64,000 bases of DNA, from positions 640,001 through 704,000 of the forward strand of contig CAVWEH010000005.1 of the NCBI GenBank assembly GCA_963753975.1, read 5' to 3'. Below the pieces are notes generated by a model. That model saw only the letters and a list, made by a program, of their open reading frames with translations, made no database searches and was not told the origin of the DNA. Numbering within the stretch: the first letter of the stretch is position 1; every line of letters starts with the position of its first letter. The DNA is from an uncultured delta proteobacterium. GTDB taxonomy: Bacteria > Desulfobacterota > Syntrophia > Syntrophales > Smithellaceae. Shown here piece after piece: positions 40,044-48,519 of the stretch. The translations under genes and the position numbers were made by a program.

Positions 40044-40487
40044 TTAAATTTCACCTTCGATAATGGACATGGCTATTCTTGTTGCTTCTTCAGTGAAATT
40101 TCTACACTGCTCAACTTTGTTTTCTGAAAAAAACTTTTTTAACCCTTCTTCAGTTCCTAAATCCAGGCCGATCAGCTCTTTACAATTTGTTGAACCAAAT
40201 TTATTCTCAAAGGTGTTGATCATTTTTCGCACAGGGATGTAACTCTTATCCAGCGGCTCATTGGGCGTGCTTCTGCCGTAAAATAAGTTTAACGCCATAA
40301 TAGCGCCGCTGACTGCTCCGCAAATTCCACCTGTTCTCGCCAGCCCACCACAAAAACCGCTGCTGATTTTTGGAATTATTTCGGAGTGAATCTTTTTGCT
40401 TTCAGCCACGGAAAGCAAAACGCTTTCCGCTCAACGATAGCCGGACCGGAAAAGTTCCCCGCTGTGTTTTGATGTTTTATCAATCAT
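40044..40487 (-). CDS. C-GCAxxG-C-C family selenoprotein, 147 aa, Sec19
   Basis: ATG 40487 after GGAAGGGG; ELFRSGYR-U-AESVL (TGA 40431-40433) at the G-x-x-C-A-E/Q position; ICGAVSG, TNC, QC. Confidence 0.88.
40394..40420 (-). other. SECIS-like hairpin (C-GCAxxG-C-C gene)
   Basis: UUUUGCUUUC-CGUGGCU-GAAAGCAAAA, 10 nt after UGA. Confidence 0.65.
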
Positions 40488-40622
40488 CTGTTCCCCTTCC
40501 TGGTCAACTTAAATTATCATTTTGGAATTATACAGCTATGCCGAAGCCCAATATTACTTGAACAAATGTACGGCAAATTTATTAATTTTTTTTGTTAATA
40601 AGTGTCCAGTAAATTACTGTAT

Positions 40623-40994
40623 TTATTTCTTCCGAAAATAAGCATCGCACTGCGGAGATAACTCGGCCTCATGCGACTTCAAACAACTGATGATACGGCC
40701 ATGTCCCGGTCTTATACCCTTGCAAAATTTATCGGCGTCCGGTTTGCAAGCTTTCGTAAACTCTTGAGCTTTTTCTTTTTTCGCGGCAATTTGATCCCTG
40801 CATGCCGGCGACAATTCATTTTCATGTGCTTGCATACATCTCACTATTCTGCCCTGTCCCGGTTTTACATTTTTGCAAAATCTCTCAACATCAGCTTTGC
40901 ATGCCCCTGTTCTGTGTATTTGTTCGGATTGAGCCATTAAGGGAAGCAGTAAAAACAGCGCCGCAACAATCGACGCAATAATTGATTTTCTCAT
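40623..40994 (-). CDS. exported cysteine-rich repeat protein
   Basis: Signal peptide; two ACKxDxxxFC...PGxGRIxxC...ELSPxC repeats. Confidence 0.8.
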   Translation of the reverse strand: MRKSIIASIVAALFLLLPLMAQSEQIHRTGACKADVERFCKNVKPGQGRIVRCMQAHENELSPACRDQIAAKKEKAQEFTKACKPDADKFCKGIRPGHGRIISCLKSHEAELSPQCDAYFRKK

Positions 40995-41241
40995 AAAGCC
41001 TCCTTCTTGGGTTTAATTGTCTTCTGCCATCTAATAATTTCTTAACACATTTAAAAGCGGATTTCTTCTGCTTTTTACACAAAAATCTTCATCAACAGAA
41101 TTATTATATCGGATTACTATATTTTTTTGATGAGTGGGAAATTCGATAAAGAGGATAATCAGAGGATAATCAATTGCGAGATATGGCATCCTAGCTATGG
41201 TTGATGACGAAATAAATCAGGAGTTGAGCCCATAATTCTTA

Positions 41242-41961
41242 TCATTTATGACAATTCGGATAATATTTCTTCATACATTCGGGGCAAATGCCGTGACTGA
41301 AATCAGCGAGCGACCTTTTTTTTATATAGCCTTCGATTTGTTCCCAGTAACCGTGGTCATTGCGTATTTTCTTGCAATATGCGCAAATCGGCAATAGTCC
41401 GCTCAACGTCTTGATTTCCGAAAGCGCTTTTTTAAGTTCCAGGATGAGGTTCTCCCGCTTGGCTTCCACCAGTGTGCGCGGGGTGATGTCGCGTATGTTG
41501 CATTGAATTATTTTTGTGTGCTTAACATGACAGACATTGCTGATAAACTCCACGTTGATTCTGCGCCCGTCTTTAGTTTCCAGCGGCAAATTATCGTAAC
41601 GAATATATCCCTTCTTCTGCAATTCGGCGAAGGCCGCCTTGCTTTTCTCTATATCGTTAAGACTTCCAATCTCCCAGAGTTTCTTTTCTGCAAATTCCTG
41701 GAAAGAATAATTCAGCATATTCATCAAAAAAGGATTAACATCAACTATTTTTCCTGTTTTCTCATCGAGTATCAATATCCCGTCCTGGGCCGTTTCAAAT
41801 AGCCAGCGGTAACGAATCTCGGAGGCCTGAAGTTTTTCCTCTGTTCGTTTGCGCTCGGATACCACTTTCCCCGTTTCGGCAATCCGTTGCCGAAGTTGCG
41901 CCATTCCGTTTATGTTTTGCTCTTTTGTTTTCTTTTCTTCCTTCATGAGTAAAAAACTCAC
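41242..41961 (-). CDS. PAS domain protein with C-terminal CxxC...HxxCxxC domain
   Basis: RYRWLFETAQDGIL, QCNIRDIT, LSGLLPICAYCKKIR, FSHGICPEC. Confidence 0.85.
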   Translation of the reverse strand: MSFLLMKEEKKTKEQNINGMAQLRQRIAETGKVVSERKRTEEKLQASEIRYRWLFETAQDGILILDEKTGKIVDVNPFLMNMLNYSFQEFAEKKLWEIGSLNDIEKSKAAFAELQKKGYIRYDNLPLETKDGRRINVEFISNVCHVKHTKIIQCNIRDITPRTLVEAKRENLILELKKALSEIKTLSGLLPICAYCKKIRNDHGYWEQIEGYIKKRSLADFSHGICPECMKKYYPNCHK

Positions 41962-42232
41962 ATAACAATCATTTTTTTATTTATGATTTTGTTTACTAAA
42001 ATATATTCTTGTTTTATTTGAGAATAGCCATTGAAACGCCTCACAAATTAAGTTATAAGTGGGCACCATGAAGACGCGATTATTCCATCCTAAGAAATTG
42101 CTTATGCCGTGGTTGGGTTCCAATGAAATGAACTTATTCCCGGATGCCCCTGGCCGGAAGTTAAAACAGCAACTGCAATTGGATGCCCGGGCAATAATAC
42201 CTCCTATATATAAAAACAGAATTTACTTGTTT

Positions 42233-42526
42233 TTACACAGCCTTTCTCGGTCCGTTGCAAACAGGCCTTCCGGCCTTGCGTGGTCCGCCGTAATAGAGAT
42301 ACGGGTCCGGCCAGATACGTTTGATATCGATGCCGATCCTGGCGGCAATGTGTCTGCGCACACGGTCGGAAACCGTGTTGCCCTGGATAACGTGGTAAAC
42401 GAGTTGTTGAGTCGCACCGAGTTCACGGGCAAGTTGAGATTGCGTAAGACCCGCTCTCATCATGGCAATCCGTATTTCAACGGGTTCCATGTTTTGTGGT
42501 CGCGTGACCTTCAGGTTATTGGACAT
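42233..42526 (-). CDS. Ner/Cro-like HTH DNA-binding protein
   Basis: GLTQSQLARELG...IAARIG....IWPDPY, resembling the Mu Ner C-terminal IWPSRY; RBS GAGG. Confidence 0.7.
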   Translation of the reverse strand: MSNNLKVTRPQNMEPVEIRIAMMRAGLTQSQLARELGATQQLVYHVIQGNTVSDRVRRHIAARIGIDIKRIWPDPYLYYGGPRKAGRPVCNGPRKAV

Positions 42527-42734
42527 TAATTAACCTCTTTTTTTTGAAAGGCTATTTTACTTTTTGATTAGTCCAATAAACCAATAATTAGCTCGTGTCA
42601 AGCGATAATTTGGTCTAGCTGTATTTTTTTATCAAACTTGAGTTATTTGTATATATAACATATTAATTATATTGATAAATATCATATTCTCGATAACGAC
42701 AAACAATAGACAGCGGATATGAAATTGGTGTATA

Positions 42735-43355
42735 ATGAGCGTTAATACTTTAAAAGAACGCGCAAATTGGGCGATAAATTATATTGTCGCGAAAGAACAC
42801 CTCTCTAATATTAAGCTTGGCAGACAAATGGGATTTGCGGCAGGCACAATAAATAGTTACCGGCGGATGACAACAGATCCAAGCATCGAGTTTATTCTGA
42901 AATTTTGTCAGTTATTTAAATTTAATGTTTTATGGTTTGTTTTGGGAGAAGGTTATCCTTTTCTCGGGGCGCGCGAAGCATTTCCTGAATCCAAAGGCCC
43001 CAATCCGATATCACCGCCGTCTCCCGACATTTTTGATGATCAACGTTTTACATTGAGAGAGCCAAAAACAGACTACGGCGCACCAGCCACAGAGCAAAAA
43101 ATCAGTATTGAGGAGGCTGTGGGAAAGGCATTCAAGATTCTATCGTCCGGCACGGCTCTTTCCAACACTCTTTACTTAATTATCCAGCAGTTTGCAGATG
43201 CCCTGGACGGAAGCCGGGAACTCAACGCCTGCCGGGATGAAATCAGCGAGCTAAAAGCGCAAATGCTTGAATCGCGCGGAAAGGGGGAGCGCCTCACTAC
43301 CGCTCCGTCTATAGCCACAGAGCAAATCAAGCCTTCGAGTAAAAAGACAAAGTAG
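42735..43355 (+). CDS. XRE-family (CI-like) HTH regulator with C-terminal coiled coil
   Basis: N-terminal HTH ...DPSIEFI...FNVLWFVLGEG; divergent from the Ner-like gene. Confidence 0.7.
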   Translation: MSVNTLKERANWAINYIVAKEHLSNIKLGRQMGFAAGTINSYRRMTTDPSIEFILKFCQLFKFNVLWFVLGEGYPFLGAREAFPESKGPNPISPPSPDIFDDQRFTLREPKTDYGAPATEQKISIEEAVGKAFKILSSGTALSNTLYLIIQQFADALDGSRELNACRDEISELKAQMLESRGKGERLTTAPSIATEQIKPSSKKTK

Positions 43356-43436
43356 TTTATCTCTGTCATCAAATCAGCATAATATATTACTCAGTTAAAC
43401 CCCTGTAATCCCGCGACATATAATAGCTTAAACATC

Positions 43437-44402
43437 TTGACAGGCAAATGGTTCGTTTTTATATTTAGATATAAAGTGACTGACGATCAAAATAATCATG
43501 CATGTATAGCCCTACATTATGAAAGTGAAATGCGCAAAGTGAAAATCAATTTCGTTTTCCTTCATATGTTGAATAAATCTTTTATTGATACATACCGGAG
43601 AACAGTCAGCCGCCGGTCAAAAGGTTACCGACGGCGAATTACATCCAAAACTATATCTATTATTCTTGTCCTGGGTTTTATTTCCGCTTTTGCACCAAAG
43701 ATTGCTCCGGCTGGTCCGCCATTTCTCACCGATGACCCGGAACCGGTGGAATACCAGCACTGGGAAATATATGTTGCCACACAGTACATCCATTATCGAG
43801 ACCAGGATTCCGCTACGCTGCCTCACCTCGAGATAAATTACGGCCTGATTCCGAATGTGCAAATTCATTTAATTGCCCCTCTTGTATATGTAAAACCGGA
43901 AGGGGCTTCTTCGCAATACGGCTACGGAGACACGGAGGTGGGCATCAAATACCGTTTTATTCAGGAAACCGATTACATTCCGCAAGTGGGAATATTTCCC
44001 CTGGTAGAATTTCCCACCGGTGATTCCGAAAAGAGCTTAGGAAGCGGCAGAACTCAATATTTCCTTCCCGTCTGGCTGCAGAAAAGCTGGGGGCCGTGGA
44101 CAACCTATGGCGGAGGGGGATACTGGATTAATCCCGGTCCCGGAAACAAAGACTGGTGGCAGTTCGGGTGGCTGATTCAGAGAGATATCAATAAAACATT
44201 AACCCTGGGAACGGAACTCTATTACAAAACAGCGAGCACTTCCGACGGCAACGATACCACCGGATATACGGTGGGTGCGATCATCAATATTACCGAAAAC
44301 CATCATATCCTGCTTTCTGCAGGACAGGACATCAACGGCCCCAATTACCTCTCCGCTTACATTGGCTATCAATTAACATTTGGTCCGCTGAAGAAGGAAT
44401 AG
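43437..44402 (+). CDS. putative outer-membrane beta-barrel (MetA-phenol pathway-like transporter); true start probably further downstream
   Basis: AGPPFLTDDPEP, GYGDTEVGIKYRF, FPTGD, C-terminal YIGYQLTF. Confidence 0.75.
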   Translation: MTGKWFVFIFRYKVTDDQNNHACIALHYESEMRKVKINFVFLHMLNKSFIDTYRRTVSRRSKGYRRRITSKTISIILVLGFISAFAPKIAPAGPPFLTDDPEPVEYQHWEIYVATQYIHYRDQDSATLPHLEINYGLIPNVQIHLIAPLVYVKPEGASSQYGYGDTEVGIKYRFIQETDYIPQVGIFPLVEFPTGDSEKSLGSGRTQYFLPVWLQKSWGPWTTYGGGGYWINPGPGNKDWWQFGWLIQRDINKTLTLGTELYYKTASTSDGNDTTGYTVGAIINITENHHILLSAGQDINGPNYLSAYIGYQLTFGPLKKE

Positions 44403-44528
44403 TATCACATAGGATAGATTTATTAAGGTAAACGTCCACCAAAAAATTAACATCTTTAGGTATTAAAGAAAGAAACAAAAAAATGTTAAACTAAGGCTCC
44501 ATGATGTCTCATGCGCCTTTGCTGAAAA

Positions 44529-45761
44529 TTATTTCAGTTTGGGCAAGGAATTCATCGGATTACCCGATGCCGAGGAAATCAGGTCTCCCCCGAATATCCA
44601 GAAGTAAATAGTTCCTATAAGCCCGCAAGCAAAGGCAGTAAAGAAGTTTACCTCTGGCGATATTTGCCAGAGGAAAGCTCCGCCAAAAGCGCCGATGGAA
44701 ACAATGATATCCCGAATCAAATAGTATAGTCCAAACATTCCGGCCTTTTTGTATTTCGGCGCCAGATCCATAATCAATGCTTTGCGTGTCGGCTCGCCAA
44801 ATTCCTTCAACCCCCGGATAACGAAGGCTATCACCATCATCCAGAAGGAGTGCGCAAAAAAGATGACCAGTGGGAAAAGAGTAAAGTTAAAAAACGTGAT
44901 CACGACGAAAGGTTTCTTCGTGGAACGGTCGGCCAGATAGGCTACCGGCAGATAAATTAACAACGCGGTGGTCATTTCAATAGCGGTAAGAATTCCAAAC
45001 CCAGTTGCAGTGATACCATTATATTTTATGCACCAGACAACCACAAAAGCATAAGGAATCTGCTCGGCAAAACGGATAAGAATATCGGAAACAAGCAGGT
45101 TACGCAGTGGCTGATTCATAAACCGCCAGAGGCGCGAAGGACGCTTCTCCGCTTTTTCCCGCTCACTTTTATCATCCTTAATCATAATTTGCTGCAGGAG
45201 AAGGGCAATGATACCCAGAATAAAAGCCCCCACAAAAGCCAGCCGCACGCCCGATTTTTCTCCATAGACGCTGATTAAAACTCCGCCGATGATTGGCCCC
45301 AGAGCCATTGGTAGCCGTCGGACAAGCGAATGCAGCGAAACCCCCATGGTACGTTTATCCGGCGGCAACACGCGGGAAACAAGGCTCATGGTTGCCGGAA
45401 GCGATATCGCCGACCAAGAAAGGAAAAATATTGCGCCGATGAGGACAGCCTGCCAGTAGGGGAAAATAATGACAATGGCGTAGCCCAACAGGGCAATCAG
45501 GTTGAAAACCAACAGCGCTTTTTTGTAGCCTAGACGGTCACTCAAATAGCCGCCGGGGAAGGAATAGAGAGCGGAAAGAAGATTAGTCATGCCGTTGAGC
45601 AGGCCGATGGTAATTGCGCCGCCACCCAATGCTATAAGATAAATCGGCAAAAAACGTTCGGCCATTTTCTCCCCCAGGCCGACCAGGACGACCATAGCGA
45701 GTAAGGCCACCATACTTTTTCTCAGGCCGAAAAATTCAGCGATTTTTTCCCGTAAGCGCAT
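44529..45761 (-). CDS. MFS transporter
   Basis: GGYLSDRLGYKK motif A; 12 TM. Confidence 0.9.
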   Translation of the reverse strand: MRLREKIAEFFGLRKSMVALLAMVVLVGLGEKMAERFLPIYLIALGGGAITIGLLNGMTNLLSALYSFPGGYLSDRLGYKKALLVFNLIALLGYAIVIIFPYWQAVLIGAIFFLSWSAISLPATMSLVSRVLPPDKRTMGVSLHSLVRRLPMALGPIIGGVLISVYGEKSGVRLAFVGAFILGIIALLLQQIMIKDDKSEREKAEKRPSRLWRFMNQPLRNLLVSDILIRFAEQIPYAFVVVWCIKYNGITATGFGILTAIEMTTALLIYLPVAYLADRSTKKPFVVITFFNFTLFPLVIFFAHSFWMMVIAFVIRGLKEFGEPTRKALIMDLAPKYKKAGMFGLYYLIRDIIVSIGAFGGAFLWQISPEVNFFTAFACGLIGTIYFWIFGGDLISSASGNPMNSLPKLK

Positions 45762-45809
45762 TTCACTATGTCCTTTTCGGCAATGCCACTCCCAACTTTT
45801 CTTGTTTGA

Positions 45810-45974
45810 TGTGCATGCCAGGGCGATAAGATCAGCCTACAGTAGTTCTTTTCCCCGGTCGATATCGATATTGAAGTCGGGGTATTGTTCATACAAGTCA
45901 TTTAAAGTGACTCTCTCGAGCCTTCCGATATTTTTATGCGGGGCGCGGTTTATTTTTGATTTTTCAAAACGTGG
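45810..45974 (-). pseudogene. truncated duplicate of the 5' part of kefF
   Basis: PRFEKSKINRAPHKNIGRLERVTLNDLYEQYPDFNIDIDRGKELL* versus kefF PRFEKSKTNRALLKNIGRLEGVTLNDLYEQYPDFNIDIEREKELLL. Confidence 0.85.
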
Positions 45975-45996
45975 TGTTTATGCTGGCTAAACACGA

Positions 45997-47880
45997 TTAT
46001 TTCTCCGATTTTTTATCGGAGAATTTTTCCTCAAACAAATCGCTGTCCCAGGCATGATCATTGATTGTGGGATTTAATTCCCGGTCGTTTAACAACAGCT
46101 GTTCCTGAATCTCGATTTGCTCGCGCACTTTCAAAATATATGCGCCCTGATCGTGCCGGTGTTCGGCTAATTTGCGCATCGCCACTTCATCATATTTGAT
46201 AAAGTTTTGAGCGGCTCGTGTAGCGGTGTATCTGCGAACGCCCAGCTTGACGAGCACATCGATTCCCAGACGCACTGAGGTATCCAGTGATTCACGGTAA
46301 ACGTTCTCAACGCCTTCATCGACCAGCTCATAGGCATCGACGCGATTTTTCGCGCGCACCATTATCGTGAGATGCGGAAATAGTTTCTTGATTTTATCCA
46401 CTAAATCGTGATTGATCGCGGGCGAATCAATAGCGGCAATCAGGATTTTGGCTTCATCGGCTCCGGCCGATTTTAAAATATCGATTCGCGTCGCATCGCC
46501 GTAGAAAACCTTGAAGCCCATCTTTCTTAAGAGATCAACACGGTCCGAATCGTTATCCAGAATTGTCGCATTGATTCCATTGGCCCTCAAAAACCTGCCC
46601 ACAGTGCTTCCGAAATGACCGAATCCCGCGATGATAACCGAATAGTGAGCATCGATTTCGTCGGCTTCTTTTTCTTCGGGAACTTCCGGTACGCCAAAGT
46701 AGGGATCAATGATGCGCTCGTTAATGAGCAAAAGCAAAGGAGTGACGGTCATGCTTATTGCCGTCACTCCCATCATCAGATCCGTCCATTCGTCGGAGAG
46801 GAGATTGATTCGGTGAATTAAAGGAAAGAGAACGAAGGCAAATTCTCCGACCTGTGCAAGGCCTAGGGTAAATAAAAGATTTTGATCAAAACTTAGGCCC
46901 GAAAACTTCCCGGTGAGGTAAAGAAGACACGCTTTGACAAAAATGACGCCAAAAACCAGCGCAGCTACTCTCACCGGGTTCTGGATAATCATATTGAAGT
47001 TTATCGAAGCGCCGACGGCAATAAAGAATAACCCGAGCAATATCCCTTTAAACGGTTCAATGTCGCTTTCCAGTTCATGGCGAAATTCGCTGTTGGCTAA
47101 AACCACTCCAGCCAAAAATGTTCCCAGCGCAGGACTCAGTCCCACGAGCCCCGTACCGTACGCAGTACCCACAACGATCAAAAGCGCTGATGCAGTAAAA
47201 AGTTCGCGCAAATGGATACGGGCAATAAACCGCAGGAAAGGAACCATCACGAACCGGCCGCTTAACATGATAAGACCGATAGCGGCAAGAAACGTCAACG
47301 TCTGCGCCCATCCCGGCAGTCCGGAAAACATTGTACGGTGGTCCGGCGGGGCATTGACTACGTAGAGAGCCAGGAGAGGCAAAAGCGCCAGAAGAGGAAT
47401 CACCGCAATATCCTGAAAAAGAAGAACGGCAAAGGAGCTTCCGCCGGATTCTGTTTGAGTGATCCCCTTCTCCCGCAACGTCTGCATCGCGATAGCGGTG
47501 GAAGACATGGAAAGGGTAAGACCACAGGCAAGCGCTGCCTGCCAGCTAAATCCTATAAAAAATAAAACGGCAAATAAAACGATGGTCGTCGTGCCCATCT
47601 GCAGCGAGCCCGAGCCCACGATCAGATTGCGCATGCGCCAGAAATTTGCGGGCTCCAACTCCAGCCCGACAAGAAAGAGCATCATCACCACGCCGAACTC
47701 GGCAAAGTGCATGATGTCCGTTCCTTCCTGGCCGATAAAGCCCAGAAAAAAAGGACCGATGATTATTCCGCCCAGAAGGTAGCCCAGCACCGAGCCCATA
47801 CCCAATTTTTTGGTAATGGGTACAAAGATAATCGCCGCGGCCAGATAAATTAGGGCGTCATGTAAAAAAGTGCCGCTCAT
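45997..47880 (-). CDS. kefC: KefB/KefC-type K+ efflux antiporter (CPA2)
   Basis: GSVLGYL, AEFGVVMMLF, HELESDIEPFKG, KTN GFGHFG, FYGDATR. Confidence 0.92.
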   Translation of the reverse strand: MSGTFLHDALIYLAAAIIFVPITKKLGMGSVLGYLLGGIIIGPFFLGFIGQEGTDIMHFAEFGVVMMLFLVGLELEPANFWRMRNLIVGSGSLQMGTTTIVLFAVLFFIGFSWQAALACGLTLSMSSTAIAMQTLREKGITQTESGGSSFAVLLFQDIAVIPLLALLPLLALYVVNAPPDHRTMFSGLPGWAQTLTFLAAIGLIMLSGRFVMVPFLRFIARIHLRELFTASALLIVVGTAYGTGLVGLSPALGTFLAGVVLANSEFRHELESDIEPFKGILLGLFFIAVGASINFNMIIQNPVRVAALVFGVIFVKACLLYLTGKFSGLSFDQNLLFTLGLAQVGEFAFVLFPLIHRINLLSDEWTDLMMGVTAISMTVTPLLLLINERIIDPYFGVPEVPEEKEADEIDAHYSVIIAGFGHFGSTVGRFLRANGINATILDNDSDRVDLLRKMGFKVFYGDATRIDILKSAGADEAKILIAAIDSPAINHDLVDKIKKLFPHLTIMVRAKNRVDAYELVDEGVENVYRESLDTSVRLGIDVLVKLGVRRYTATRAAQNFIKYDEVAMRKLAEHRHDQGAYILKVREQIEIQEQLLLNDRELNPTINDHAWDSDLFEEKFSDKKSEK

Positions 47881-47885
47881 GGTTT

Positions 47886-48488
47886 CTACAGCCCCATTTC
47901 TTTAGAGAGCCAATCATTGAGATATTCAAATTGTTTTATGGCTTTTACATCAAATTCGCCTTTAGTGAGCCGCTCCAAAAGCATGCGATAAGAGCGCACA
48001 TAATTTTCCAAATCCGCGTCACTCAAAAGATGCGTGCCGTGAACAACGAAAGGCGGAAGATAAATCATTTTGCACAAAGTTGCCGTTTGCTCAAAAGGCA
48101 CAAGGAATTGACGAACAGTAAAATTATTAAGCATCCCCGGCGTATACGCCCCCTTTTTCCCTCCGGCAGTAACCGCATTAAAAATGATCTTACCTTTTAA
48201 ATTTACGCCTTCCCGCCCGTGAGCCCAGCCGTGTTCTAGCACCAAATCTATCCATTGTTTGAGCATCGGCGGAGCGCTGTACATGTATATCGGATGATGC
48301 CAGACGATAATTTCGTGCACCAGCAGCAATTCTTTTTCGCGTTCGATATCGATATTGAAGTCGGGATATTGTTCATACAAATCATTTAAAGTGACGCCCT
48401 CGAGCCTTCCGATATTTTTGAGCAACGCACGGTTTGTTTTCGATTTTTCAAAACGCGGGTGAGCAAAAAGGATAAGAATTTTGTTCAT
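47886..48488 (-). CDS. kefF: KefF/KefG-like NAD(P)H-dependent oxidoreductase
   Basis: ILILFAHP, DLYEQYPDF, HPIYMYSAPPMLKQWID; directly upstream of kefC. Confidence 0.88.
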   Translation of the reverse strand: MNKILILFAHPRFEKSKTNRALLKNIGRLEGVTLNDLYEQYPDFNIDIEREKELLLVHEIIVWHHPIYMYSAPPMLKQWIDLVLEHGWAHGREGVNLKGKIIFNAVTAGGKKGAYTPGMLNNFTVRQFLVPFEQTATLCKMIYLPPFVVHGTHLLSDADLENYVRSYRMLLERLTKGEFDVKAIKQFEYLNDWLSKEMGL

Positions 48489-48519
48489 GAAATGTCACCG
48501 ACTTCGGCCCTCAGCCTTT

